The notes beneath the pieces are model-generated. The model was not told the DNA's origin. It saw nothing but the letters and a program-made list of their open reading frames with translations, and did no database searches. Shown piece by piece: positions 54,447 to 63,976 of a stretch of 64,000 nt of DNA (positions within the stretch are counted from its first letter, which is position 1; each line of letters opens with the position of its first letter). The stretch comes from Candidatus Alistipes stercorigallinarum (GTDB lineage Bacteria; Bacteroidota; Bacteroidia; Bacteroidales; Rikenellaceae). Position numbers and translations under genes: made by a program. The DNA lies in assembly GCA_019119475.1 (NCBI GenBank), contig DWWY01000001.1, forward strand, positions 12,260-76,259, in the 5' to 3' direction.

Positions 54447-55601
54447 ATGCAAATCATCGATACGGTTCTCTCTTACTGCGGCTGGCAGGGTGTGGCCCTT
54501 GCGGCGGTGTTGCTGCTGTCGCTGGGCATCCAGCTTTACTACTATCTTTTCGTCTACGGCCGCATCCCCGGCTACAAGAACAGCCGCCGTCGTCCGGTGC
54601 TCGACCGCGAGCCCCCCATCTCGGTGGTGATTCCGATGTTCTCGGAGGATTACGCCTTCATCGAGGAGCGTCTCTCGCTCATTCTGGCCCAGAGCTATCC
54701 CGATTTCGAGGTGGTGATTGTCTACGTGGGCCAGGACACCGACTTCTACGACGAGCTGCGCCGCCTCGGCACCTCCTTCCCGCGGATTATGACGACCAAG
54801 ATTCTGCTCGACCCGCGCTTCCCGATTTCGCGCAAGATGGCGCTCAACGTCGGCATCAAGTCGGCCCACTACGAGCACATGGTCTTCACCTCGACCGACG
54901 CCGTGCCGCGCAGCGACCGCTGGCTCTCGCTCATGGCCAAGGGTTTCCTCACGGGCGACATCGTCATAGGCTACTGCGGCATGGAGCGCGGCCGCGGCTT
55001 TGCCAACTACTTCATGCGCACCTGGCGGATGATGCACGCCGCCGACTGGCTGGCGCGGGCCATCCGCCGCCGCCCCTACAAGGGCATTCTCCACAACTTC
55101 GGTTTCACGAAGAAAATCTACTTCGGCGCCAACGGCTTCAACCACCTCAACATGAACATCGGCGAGGACGACCTCTTCATGAAGCAGGTGATGACGCGCG
55201 ACAACGTGAGCGTGGTGCTCTCGCCGCGGGCAACCCTCTCCGAGAAGGTGTGGGGCGGCCTGGGGTGGTGGATGAGCCAGCTGCGCTACTACGGCTCGGC
55301 CTTCCGCTTCTATCCGGGGGCGGTCAAGCGCTTCATCCGCCTCGAGCTGCTCTCGCGGCTGCTTTTCTGGGTGTCGGCCGTCGTGGCCCTGGTGCTCATG
55401 CCGCTCGAATACAAACTGGCTGCCGCGGCCCTCGTCGTGGTGCGCTACGTCGTCGTGGCGCTCGAGGTGCGCCGCATCGCCCGGCGTCTGGGCGAGGGGG
55501 GCATGGTGCGCGGATACTTCCTCTATGACCTGCTGAGCCCCTTCTATGCCGTGGTGCTGGGGCTTGTGCTCCGCCGCAAGGATGAACGCGTATGGAGATA
55601 G
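54447..55601 (+). CDS. Membrane-anchored GT2-fold protein with degenerate nucleotide-binding motifs
   Basis: N-terminal TM, PISVVIP, YPDFEVVIV, SRKMALNVGIKSA, GEDDLF, C-terminal TMs. Confidence 0.82.
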   Translation: MQIIDTVLSYCGWQGVALAAVLLLSLGIQLYYYLFVYGRIPGYKNSRRRPVLDREPPISVVIPMFSEDYAFIEERLSLILAQSYPDFEVVIVYVGQDTDFYDELRRLGTSFPRIMTTKILLDPRFPISRKMALNVGIKSAHYEHMVFTSTDAVPRSDRWLSLMAKGFLTGDIVIGYCGMERGRGFANYFMRTWRMMHAADWLARAIRRRPYKGILHNFGFTKKIYFGANGFNHLNMNIGEDDLFMKQVMTRDNVSVVLSPRATLSEKVWGGLGWWMSQLRYYGSAFRFYPGAVKRFIRLELLSRLLFWVSAVVALVLMPLEYKLAAAALVVVRYVVVALEVRRIARRLGEGGMVRGYFLYDLLSPFYAVVLGLVLRRKDERVWR

Positions 55602-56152
55602 CCGACTACATCGTCGCCGAGGACCGCGAACTGGTCCGGCTGGCGCTCGCGGGCGACGACGTTGCTTTCGAGTACCTCTTCGACCGCTACCGCGAAGCCA
55701 TCCTGCGGCTCTTCGTGCAGCGGCTCGGCGGGACCGACGGTGCCGACGACCTGTTGCAGGAGACCTTCATCAAGGTCTACATCAACCTCCACCGCTACCG
55801 TCCCGACTACACCTTCGGGCAGTGGGTCTACACCATCGCCCGCAACACCTTCATCGACTTCGTGCGCAAGCGGCAGGAGGAGCTCCCCATCGACGAGCGT
55901 TTCGCCTCGCCGCCGTCGCCGTCGCCGACCCCCGAGGAGAGCTTCATCAACCGCCAGCAGCGGACGCAGCTCGAGCACTACCTCGAGCAGCTCTCGCCCC
56001 GCTACCGCCAGTTGATTCGGATGCGCTTCTTCGACGAGTACTCCTACGAGGAGATTGCCACCAAGCTCGGGCTGCCGCTCGGAACGGTCAAGACGCAGAT
56101 TCACCGCGCCCGCGAGCAGATGTGCCGCCTCATCACCCGGGGCGGCGAATAG
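55592..56152 (+). CDS. ECF sigma factor
   Basis: DLLQETFIKVY, WVYTIARNTFID, YSYEEIATKLGLPLGTVKTQIHRAR; 10-nt overlap with the GT2 gene. Confidence 0.93.
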   Translation: MEIADYIVAEDRELVRLALAGDDVAFEYLFDRYREAILRLFVQRLGGTDGADDLLQETFIKVYINLHRYRPDYTFGQWVYTIARNTFIDFVRKRQEELPIDERFASPPSPSPTPEESFINRQQRTQLEHYLEQLSPRYRQLIRMRFFDEYSYEEIATKLGLPLGTVKTQIHRAREQMCRLITRGGE

Positions 56153-56310
56153 CCGGGGCGGCCGGCCCCGTGCGAAATCCCCGGCCGCCGGCAGCGGCTC
56201 CGCCGCATCGGCGAGCGCCCGACCCGGCCCCCGTTTTCCCGGCAGCCTGATAGTCCGACAGCCCCGACGACCAACGAAAAACACCGTATCTCCCCGAAAA
56301 AATCTCCGGA

Positions 56311-56934
56311 ATGGAACTGATTCTGAAATATTTCCCCGACCTGAGTCCCGAGCAGCGGCAGCGTTTCGCCGCCATGTATGACCTCTATGCCGACTGGAAC
56401 GCCAAAATCAACGTCGTCTCGCGCAAGGACTTCGACCAGCTCTACCTGCGCCACGTGCTCCACTCGCTCGCCATTGCGCGGGTCTGCCGCTTCGATGCCG
56501 GGGCGCGCATCCTCGACGTGGGGTGCGGCGGCGGCTTTCCGTCGGTGCCGCTGGCGGTCCTCTTCCCCGAGGCGCACTTCGTGGCGGCCGACTCCATCCG
56601 CAAGAAAATCACGGTGGTCGAGGGGGTCTCTTCGGCGCTGGGGCTGACCAACCTCGAGGCGCGCTGCGTGCGTGTCGAGCAGCTCACCGAGCGCTTCGAT
56701 TATGTCGTTTCGCGCGCCGTGACCGAGATGGCGACCTTCGTGGGGTGGATTTGGAACCGCATCGAGCGGGGACAGCACGGCTCGCTGCCCAACGGAATCC
56801 TCTACCTGAAGGGGGGCGACCTTGCCGAGGAGCTGGCCGCCACGCGTCTCCGCTGGCAGCTTTTCGACATCGCCGATTTCTTCGACGAGGAGTTTTTCGC
56901 CACCAAGCGCGTGGTCTACACGCCCAAGGTGTGA
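56311..56934 (+). CDS. rsmG: 16S rRNA m7G527 methyltransferase
   Basis: WNAKINVVSR, HVLHSL, LDVGCGGGFP, VVSRAV, LKGG. Confidence 0.96.
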   Translation: MELILKYFPDLSPEQRQRFAAMYDLYADWNAKINVVSRKDFDQLYLRHVLHSLAIARVCRFDAGARILDVGCGGGFPSVPLAVLFPEAHFVAADSIRKKITVVEGVSSALGLTNLEARCVRVEQLTERFDYVVSRAVTEMATFVGWIWNRIERGQHGSLPNGILYLKGGDLAEELAATRLRWQLFDIADFFDEEFFATKRVVYTPKV

Positions 56935-57024
56935 CGTCCGGATTCGTCGCGTTCCCGAGACGGGTCTGAGCCGCGGCGGGTTGTCGGCGCCGAGGGGCGG
57001 TATCCGACAGCCGGATGAAAACAG

Positions 57025-57055
57025 CAGGGGCGGAAGCACAACGCTTCCGCCCCTG
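57025..57055. terminator. Hairpin between convergent rsmG and lrp
   Basis: Perfect 13-bp stem caggggcggaagc / gcttccgcccctg. Confidence 0.7.
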
Positions 57056-57149
57056 TCCGTTTCGGGGTATAGAGCGACCTGCGGCGTGCGCGCACGGGAA
57101 ATGCCCGGTGGGGAGTACTCGTCCGCGCGCCGGCCTCTTCGGGGGAGGG

Positions 57150-57623
57150 TTACTCCTCGATGAAGTCGACGTTCACCTGACGCTGGAACGTCTCCTGCAG
57201 CGAGATGAAGGTCTCGGTGGTCGAGACGCCCGGAATGCGGAGGATGCCGTCGAAGATGGTGCGCATCAGATGCTCGTTGTCCAGACAGTAGAGCTTCGCC
57301 AGGATGTTGTAGCTGCCCGTGATGAAGTGGCACTCCACAATCTCGGGCACGTCGCGCAGCTTCTCCATCGTCTGCATCAGCTGCTGCGGGTCCTTGATGA
57401 TGATGCCGATGTGGGCACACACGTCGAATCCCAGCATCTTGGGGTCGACGATGAGGCGGCTGCCCAGGATGACGCCCGATTCGTCCAGCTTGCGGATGCG
57501 CTGGTGGATGGCGGCTCCCGAAATGCCGCATTCGCGGGCGATTTCGAGGAACGGCATGCGGGCGTTCTTAATCAGATACTTCAGGATTTTCCGGTCGATG
57601 GCGTCCAGTGCGATTTTCGGCAT
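57150..57623 (-). CDS. Lrp/AsnC-family transcriptional regulator
   Basis: LDAIDRKILKYL..NARMPF.EIARECGISGAAIHQRIRKL, ECHFITGSY. Confidence 0.93.
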   Translation of the reverse strand: MPKIALDAIDRKILKYLIKNARMPFLEIARECGISGAAIHQRIRKLDESGVILGSRLIVDPKMLGFDVCAHIGIIIKDPQQLMQTMEKLRDVPEIVECHFITGSYNILAKLYCLDNEHLMRTIFDGILRIPGVSTTETFISLQETFQRQVNVDFIEE

Positions 57624-57657
57624 GGCGATGGTTGGTTTATTCAGTCAGTGAGTCCGT

Positions 57658-58845
57658 TTATTTGAGAACATTGAGCTCCTTGCCCACCTTGATGAAGGCG
57701 GCGATGCAGCGGTCGAGCTGTTCGAAGGTGTGTCCGGCCGATACCTGCACGCGGATGCGGGCCTGTCCCTTCGGCACGACGGGGTAGTAGAAGCCCGTCA
57801 CGAAGATGCCCTCGTCCTGCAGACGGGCGGCGAAGTCCTGCGAGAGCTTGGCGTCGTAGAGCATCACGGCGCAGATGGCCGACTGCGTGGGCTTGATGTC
57901 GAAGCCGGCGGCCATCATGCCGCTGCGGAAGTGCTCGACGTTGGCCACCAGACGGTCGTGGATTTCGTCGCTCTCGGCCAGCATGCGGAAGAGTTCGATG
58001 CCGGCACCCACCACGGCGGGGGGCAGCGAGTTGGAGAAGAGATAGGGGCGCGAACGCTGGCGCAGCATGTCGATGATTTCGCGACGGCCCGTCGTGAAAC
58101 CGCCCACGGCGCCGCCGAAGGCCTTGCCCAGCGTGCCGGTGAGGATGTCGACCTGGCCGCGCAGGTTGAAGAGCTCGGTGATGCCGCGGCCCGTCTTGCC
58201 CAGCACGCCGGCCGAGTGGCACTCGTCGACCATCACCAGCGCGTCGTACTTCTCGGCCAGTGCGCAGATTTTGTCCAGCGGCGCGGCGTTGCCGTCCATC
58301 GAGAAGACGCCGTCGGTGACGATGATGCGGAAGCGCTGTGCCTGGGCGCGCTTGAGGCAGTCCTCCAGCTCCTCCATGTCGGCGTTGGCGTAGCGGTAGC
58401 GCACCGCCTTGCAGAGGCGCACGCCGTCGATGATGGAGGCGTGGTTGAGCGCGTCGGAGATGATGGCGTCCTGCTCGGTGAAGAGCGGTTCGAAGACACC
58501 GCCGTTGGCGTCGAAGCAGGCGGCGTAGAGAATCGTGTCCTCGGTGCCGAAGTAGTCGGAGATGGCCTTCTCGAGCTCCTTGTGGATGTCCTGGCAGCCG
58601 CAGATGAAGCGGACGGAGGACATGCCGAAGCCGCGGGCGTCCATGGCGCGCTTGGCCGCCTCGACGAGGCGCGGGTTGTCCGACAGCCCGAGGTAGTTGT
58701 TTGCACAGAAATTCAGTACCTTGCGGCCGCCGACCTCGATTTCGGCACGCTGGGGCGAACAGATGATGCGTTCGTTCTTGTAGAGACCCGCGGCCTTGAT
58801 GTCGGCGAGTTCCTGTTGCAGATGGGCTTTGATTTTTCCGTACAT
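57658..58845 (-). CDS. kbl: Glycine C-acetyltransferase (2-amino-3-ketobutyrate CoA ligase)
   Basis: GLYKNERII, NFCANNYLGLS, SVRFICG.QDIH, TDGVFSMDG, TGTLGKAFGG, ARIRVQ. Confidence 0.96.
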   Translation of the reverse strand: MYGKIKAHLQQELADIKAAGLYKNERIICSPQRAEIEVGGRKVLNFCANNYLGLSDNPRLVEAAKRAMDARGFGMSSVRFICGCQDIHKELEKAISDYFGTEDTILYAACFDANGGVFEPLFTEQDAIISDALNHASIIDGVRLCKAVRYRYANADMEELEDCLKRAQAQRFRIIVTDGVFSMDGNAAPLDKICALAEKYDALVMVDECHSAGVLGKTGRGITELFNLRGQVDILTGTLGKAFGGAVGGFTTGRREIIDMLRQRSRPYLFSNSLPPAVVGAGIELFRMLAESDEIHDRLVANVEHFRSGMMAAGFDIKPTQSAICAVMLYDAKLSQDFAARLQDEGIFVTGFYYPVVPKGQARIRVQVSAGHTFEQLDRCIAAFIKVGKELNVLK

Positions 58846-58897
58846 GGTTCGTTATGGTTTTAAGGTTTTGTCTTGTTTCGGAGTGACAATCTGTTAG

Positions 58898-58905
58898 CAA
58901 AGATA
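58898..58905 (-). promoter_or_regulatory. -7 box (TATCTTTG) of kbl-lrp
   Basis: CAAAGATA on +. Confidence 0.75.
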
Positions 58906-59128
58906 GGTAAAATTCGGAAGAAACGGAACTTTCGTGCGAATATTTTCATTTTCGGGGTTACGAATTGTTAGGCTGCGGCCCCGCTGGCCGCTTCCGGCGG
59001 GAGCCAATAGGCTGGTGCATGGGCGTTTGCGCCGGTTTCATCCTTCGGCCCAGCCGCGGGCGTGCGGCTGCCCTCGTTCCGCCTCTTTTTCCGGTCCCGA
59101 TGCGCATCGGATGCGTCCCGGACGGTCT

Positions 59129-59387
59129 CCCGAAAATATATCCGGGAACATGTCCGAAGATATGTCCGGAAACCTGTCCGGGGTCCTGCCCGAAAGAGCC
59201 TCGCGAAGGAGCTCCGGATGGCTCCGAAAAGAGGCCCGAACGGCCCTCCGGGAAGTCCTGCAAACGACGCTCTGGGAAACCCGCAGACGGCGCTCCGGGA
59301 AGTCCTGCAAACGGCGCTCCGGGAAGTCCTGCAAACGGCGTTCCGGGAAACCCTGCAAACGACGTCCCGGGAAGTCCTGCAACGGCG
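59129..59387. repeat. Compound array: degenerate 12-bp units followed by six 23-24-bp units (ctccgggaagtcctgcaaacggcg)
   Basis: 24-mer units at 59246, 59270, 59293, 59317, 59341 and 59365; 12-mers such as tccgggaacatg, tccgaagatatg and tccggaaacctg from 59129. Confidence 0.9.
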
Positions 59388-59526
59388 TCCCTCGGGCGCC
59401 TCGGAGCCCGGCACCCGGGGTCCCGGACCTGCCGCAGCCCTCGCGCGCGACGGCCGGAGCCCGTTTTATTCGGTTGCGGGAGAACATTTTTCTGTTATTC
59501 GAATAACGGAATCCGAAATATTTCCG

Positions 59527-59534
59527 TAAATTTG
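59527..59534 (+). promoter_or_regulatory. -7 box (TAAATTTG) of pgk
   Basis: Consensus match 60 nt before the start. Confidence 0.7.
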
Positions 59535-59594
59535 TCACGAAATAAATCCGCGAAGGAAAGGTTTCAATAAAAAATACTTAAAAATCAAACAGCT

Positions 59595-60857
59595 ATGATT
59601 TCGATTGACAACTACGATTTCAAAGGCAAACGCGCGATTATCCGCGTGGACTTCAACGTGCCCCTCAACGACAAGGGCGAGGTGACCGACGACACGCGTA
59701 TCCGTGCCGCCATGCCCACCGTCAAGAAGGTGCTCGCCGAGGGCGGCTCCGTGATTCTGATGTCGCACATGGGCCGTCCCAAGAAGAATCCCGACCCCAA
59801 ATATTCGCTCGAGCAGATTGTTCCCGCCATCGAGAAGAACCTGGGCGTGAAGGTCCAGTTCGCCGGCGACTGCATGGGTGAGAAGGCTGCCCAGATGTGC
59901 AAGGACCTCAAGCCGGGCGAGGTTGTCCTGCTCGAAAACCTCCGCTTCTATGCCGAGGAGGAGGGCAAGCCCCGCGGTCTTGCGGAGGATGCCACCAAGG
60001 AGGAGAAGGACGCCGCCAAGAAGGCCCTCAAGGAGGGTCCCCAGAAGGAGTTCGTCAAGAAGCTGGCTTCGTATGCCGACTGCTACATCAACGACGCCTT
60101 CGGTACGGCTCACCGCAAGCACGCTTCGACCTATCTGATTGCCAAGCACTTCCCCAACGACAAGATGTTCGGCTACCTGATGGAGAAGGAGGTCAAGGCC
60201 ATCTCGTCGCTCATGGAGGCTCCGCAGCATCCCTTCTGCGCCATCATCGGCGGTTCGAAGGTTTCGACCAAAATCGGCGTCATCAAGTCGCTCATCGAGA
60301 AGGTTGATTCGATTGTCATCGGCGGCGGTATGACCTATACCTTCGCGGCAGCCCAGGGCGGCAAGGTCGGCGGTTCGATTTGCGAGCCCGACATGTTCCC
60401 CGTGGCTCTGGAGATTCTCGAGCTGGCCAAGCAGAAGGGCGTGAAGCTCGTCATGTCGCCCGACGCCCTGATTGCCGACGCATTCTCGGCCGACGCCAAC
60501 ACCACGACGGCTCCCGCCAACAACATCCCCGACGGATGGGAAGGCGTCGACATCGCCGACGAGGGCAAGAAGATTTTCCGCGAGCACATCCTCGGCTGCA
60601 AGACCATCCTGTGGAACGGCCCCGTGGGTGTCTTCGAAATCGACAAGTTCGCAACGGGTTCGAAGGAGGTGGCACTGGCCATCGCCGAGGCTACGAAGAA
60701 CGGCGCCTACTCGCTCATCGGCGGCGGCGACTCGGTAGCCTGCATCAACAAGTTCGGTCTGGCCGACCAGGTTTCCTACATCTCGACGGGCGGCGGCGCG
60801 CTGCTCGAGTACATCGAGTTCGGCGACCTGCCGGGTGTAGCGGCCATCCGCGACTAA
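59595..60857 (+). CDS. pgk: Phosphoglycerate kinase
   Basis: [50 protein letters not shown]. Confidence 0.99.
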   Translation: MISIDNYDFKGKRAIIRVDFNVPLNDKGEVTDDTRIRAAMPTVKKVLAEGGSVILMSHMGRPKKNPDPKYSLEQIVPAIEKNLGVKVQFAGDCMGEKAAQMCKDLKPGEVVLLENLRFYAEEEGKPRGLAEDATKEEKDAAKKALKEGPQKEFVKKLASYADCYINDAFGTAHRKHASTYLIAKHFPNDKMFGYLMEKEVKAISSLMEAPQHPFCAIIGGSKVSTKIGVIKSLIEKVDSIVIGGGMTYTFAAAQGGKVGGSICEPDMFPVALEILELAKQKGVKLVMSPDALIADAFSADANTTTAPANNIPDGWEGVDIADEGKKIFREHILGCKTILWNGPVGVFEIDKFATGSKEVALAIAEATKNGAYSLIGGGDSVACINKFGLADQVSYISTGGGALLEYIEFGDLPGVAAIRD

Positions 60858-60869
60858 CGACAAAACGAG

Positions 60870-60895
60870 GGGCCGCGGCGAGCGGCCCTTTTTTT
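60870..60895 (+). terminator. Intrinsic terminator after pgk
   Basis: gggccgc / gcggccc stem followed by T7. Confidence 0.8.
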
Positions 60896-61050
60896 CGACA
60901 ACCCCGTCAAGATACCTCGAAACCCGACGGCATGCGCGCCCGACCCCGAAGCTCCCTGCGGGGTGTCGCCTTCCGGCGGCGGGCAGAGGCCGGTTCCCCG
61001 GCCGCAATCCGCACCGCGACGGCCGCACGTGTCAAAAACAGAACAAACAC

Positions 61051-63078
61051 ATGAAGAAAATTCTTTTCATCGCAGCTATGGCTTGTATGGCTTCCGCCTG
61101 CCAGAATACGCCCAAGACGCCGGCCATCGACGTGACGAACATGGACCTCACGGTGGCTCCCAACGTCGACTTCTATCAGTATGCAACCGGCGGGTGGCAG
61201 GCCAAAAACCCGCTCAAACCCGAATATTCGCGCTATGGTGCCTTCGACGTAATCGGCGAAAACAACCAGAAGCGCATCAACGAACTCTTCCAGGAGATGT
61301 CGAAACTCGATGCGGCCAAGGGCAGCGTCGAGCAGAAGATTTCCGACCTCTACAAGATGGGTCTCGACTCCGCACGGCTCAATGCCGAGGGTGCCGCCCC
61401 CATCCAGAGCAAGCTCGGTGAGCTGCTCGCCATCTCGGACCGCTCGCAGCTGACGGCCGCCATCGCCGACCTGCACCACTCGGTAGGCAACCCCTTCTTC
61501 GGCGTGGGTGTCGAGTCCGACCTGATGAACAGCAACATGAACGCCCTCTACATCTCGCAGAGCGGCCTGGGCATGGGCACGCGCGACTACTATGTCGACG
61601 AGTCGAATGCCGAAATCAAGAAGGCCTACGGCGAGATGCTCGCCCGTCTGTTCCGCCTTGCGGGCCTCGAGCAGGCCGAGCAGGCTGCCGCCGATGTCGT
61701 TTCGCTCGAGACGCGCATGGCCGAGAAGATGTGGTCGAACGTCGAGCTGCGCAACATAGTTGCCCAGTACAACCCCATGTCGAAGGCCGACTTCGAGAAG
61801 ACCTACGACGCCATCGACTGGCCGACCTATTACAAGGCGATGGGCATCGGTGACTTCGACACGATTATCGTCACCACGCCGTCGGCCGTCGCCAATGTCA
61901 ACGAACTGCTCAAGACAGCCTCGCTCGACGAGCTGCGCTACTACCTGGCCGCACAGTACGTCACGGCAGCCGCCTCGTACCTGAGCGACGAATTCCAGCA
62001 GGCGTCGTTCGACTTCTTCGGCAAGGTGATGTCGGGCCAGCAGGAGATGAAGCCCCGCTGGAAGCGCGCCATGTCGGTGCCCAACGGCACGCTGGGTGAG
62101 GCCGTCGGCGAGATGTACGTGGCCAAGTACTTCCCGGCCAAGGACAAGGAGCGCATGCTCGCTCTGGTGAAGAACCTGCAGACGGCTCTTTCGGAGCACA
62201 TCGCCGCCCTCGACTGGATGTCCGACGCCACGAAGGCCAAGGCTCAGGAGAAGCTCTCGACCTTCACGGTGAAAATCGGCTATCCCGACAAGTGGAAGGA
62301 CTATTCGACGCTCGAGATTGACCCCTCGAAGAGCTACTGGGAGAACATCGTCAACGCCAGCGCCTGGTATACGGCCGACAACATCGCGAAGCTGGGCAAG
62401 CCGGTCGACCGCGACGAGTGGCACATGACGCCGCAGACGGTCAACGCCTACTATAACCCGACGACCAACGAAATCTGCTTCCCGGCCGCCATCCTCCAGC
62501 CGCCGTTCTACAATCCCGAGGCGGACGATGCGGTCAACTACGGCGCCATCGGCGTGGTGATTGGCCACGAGATGACCCACGGATTCGACGACCAGGGCCG
62601 TCAGTTCGATAAGGACGGCAACATGAACAACTGGTGGACCGAGGAGGATACGGCCGCCTTCAACGAGAAGGCCGCCGTGCTGGTTAAGCAGTTCGACGCC
62701 ATCGAGGTGCTTCCGGCCAAGGACGGACAGCCGGCCTTGATGGCCAACGGCTCGCTCTGTCTTGGCGAGAACATCGCCGACCAGGGCGGTCTGCGCGTAG
62801 CCTGGACGGCATTCCACAATTCGCTCAAGGATAAGGGTATGCCTGAGCCCATCGACGGCTTCACGGCCGACCAGCGCTTCTACCTGGCCTACGCGACGCT
62901 GTGGGGCCAGAACATCCGTGATGAGGAGGCTGCCCGTCTGACGAAGCTCGACGTACACTCGCTGGGCAAGTGGCGCGTCAACGCCACGCTGCGCAACCTG
63001 CAGAGCTTCTACGACGCCTTCGGCATCACCGACGGCCCGATGTTCCTGCCCGAGGAGGAGCGCGTGATTATCTGGTAG
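61051..63078 (+). CDS. pepO: M13 (neprilysin/PepO-like) zinc endopeptidase lipoprotein
   Basis: Lipobox ASAC, VNAYY, GHEMTHGFD (HExxH), ENIAD.GG. Confidence 0.95.
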   Translation: MKKILFIAAMACMASACQNTPKTPAIDVTNMDLTVAPNVDFYQYATGGWQAKNPLKPEYSRYGAFDVIGENNQKRINELFQEMSKLDAAKGSVEQKISDLYKMGLDSARLNAEGAAPIQSKLGELLAISDRSQLTAAIADLHHSVGNPFFGVGVESDLMNSNMNALYISQSGLGMGTRDYYVDESNAEIKKAYGEMLARLFRLAGLEQAEQAAADVVSLETRMAEKMWSNVELRNIVAQYNPMSKADFEKTYDAIDWPTYYKAMGIGDFDTIIVTTPSAVANVNELLKTASLDELRYYLAAQYVTAAASYLSDEFQQASFDFFGKVMSGQQEMKPRWKRAMSVPNGTLGEAVGEMYVAKYFPAKDKERMLALVKNLQTALSEHIAALDWMSDATKAKAQEKLSTFTVKIGYPDKWKDYSTLEIDPSKSYWENIVNASAWYTADNIAKLGKPVDRDEWHMTPQTVNAYYNPTTNEICFPAAILQPPFYNPEADDAVNYGAIGVVIGHEMTHGFDDQGRQFDKDGNMNNWWTEEDTAAFNEKAAVLVKQFDAIEVLPAKDGQPALMANGSLCLGENIADQGGLRVAWTAFHNSLKDKGMPEPIDGFTADQRFYLAYATLWGQNIRDEEAARLTKLDVHSLGKWRVNATLRNLQSFYDAFGITDGPMFLPEEERVIIW

Positions 63079-63120
63079 CGGAGCCTGCGGCCCTGTGCCG
63101 CGCTTCGGCCTGAGACGAAT

Positions 63121-63160
63121 GACTCCCGGACCCGTTGATGGGTTCGGGAGTCTTTTTTTT
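63121..63160. terminator. Intrinsic terminator after the M13 gene
   Basis: gactcccggaccc-gttgat-gggttcgggagtc followed by T8. Confidence 0.85.
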
Positions 63161-63232
63161 GAGGGTGCGGCCGGATGGCCCGGATGGGGCGGGGCGGCGA
63201 TGCCGACAGGGGGAGGCCGGCGTTCCGGAGCG

Positions 63233-63655
63233 CTATTGCTCCTTCGGTCGCCGGGCGTTGAGGATGCGCTCGATTTCGGCCATGAACTCCTCGGCCGGGG
63301 CGGCTCCCCGGATGCGGCCGAGCAGTTCGCCCTCGGTGTCGAAGACCAGGTAGAGGGGTACGGCCCGGCTGCCGTAGCGTTTCAGCAGCTCGCGGCCCGT
63401 CGTCTTGTCGACGTCGTACTTGGCGCAGACGAAGCGGCTTGCCATGAACTCGCCCACGTCGCTGCGCGAGAAGACCTCGCGCTCCATCATCTGGCACGGA
63501 GGGCACCACGTGGCGTAGAGGTCGATGAAGACCAGTTTTTGCTGCTCGATGGCCATGCGGCGCACGGCGTCGGTCGAGCGGGTGGAGAATCGGACCTGCG
63601 CTCCGGCGCTTGCGGCGCCGAGCAGCAGCAGAAGCATCAGTGCGAATCGTTTCAT
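63233..63655 (-). CDS. Exported thioredoxin-family protein
   Basis: Signal peptide, VFIDLYATWCPPCQMM, YDVDK. Confidence 0.88.
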   Translation of the reverse strand: MKRFALMLLLLLGAASAGAQVRFSTRSTDAVRRMAIEQQKLVFIDLYATWCPPCQMMEREVFSRSDVGEFMASRFVCAKYDVDKTTGRELLKRYGSRAVPLYLVFDTEGELLGRIRGAAPAEEFMAEIERILNARRPKEQ

Positions 63656-63711
63656 GGCAATGTGTCGTTTTTGAACTGTTGCGTTTCGGGGTGGGCAGGC
63701 TGCGTGGACTA

Positions 63712-63976
63712 CGACGGGCTGCGGCTGGCAGCGACGGGCTGCGGCTGGCAGCGACGGGCTGCAGCGGGCTGCAGCGGGCTGCGGTTTGCCTCCGCATGCG
63801 CTGGACCGGAATATCCCGCCTCCTGCGGCCGAGCTTGTCCCTCCTGCGGCCGGGGTACCTCCCCTCCTCTAAAGCCGGGACGTTTTCCCGTCTCCTGCAG
63901 TCGGGGTACCTCCCCTTCTCTAAAGCCGGGGCTTGTCCCTCCTGCTTTCAGTCCGTTTCCCTCCCGCGGCCGGGGT
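63712..63976. repeat. Two adjacent arrays: 20-bp/10-bp units (63712-63784) and ~50-bp units (63820-63976)
   Basis: cgacgggctgcggctggcag x2 then cagcgggctg x2; ctcctgc...ggggtacctcccct.ctctaaagccggg at 63841 and 63892. Confidence 0.85.

Noticed and set aside
57658-58845. kbl as a serine palmitoyltransferase or sulfonolipid synthase
   Set aside because: It has the same fold, but GLYKNERII, SVRFICG.QDIH and ARIRVQ are Kbl-type sequences.
59246-59387. 24-bp array as a CRISPR locus
   Set aside because: The units are head-to-tail with no unique spacers, and no cas genes are present. The same applies to the other arrays.
58934-59570. ORFs across the kbl-pgk array (SGKSCKRR, LREVLQTA and PGSPANGA repeats)
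   Set aside because: Several frames are open only because the repeat lacks stops; there is no Bacteroidota-like start context or codon bias.
3237-62958. Many very long opposite-strand or alternate-frame ORFs (e.g. 3237-6620, 15645-18647, 21754-23979, 38489-42418, 60907-62958)
   Set aside because: They overlap clear genes and are expected from extreme GC3 bias, which removes stops from other frames; the translations lack domains.
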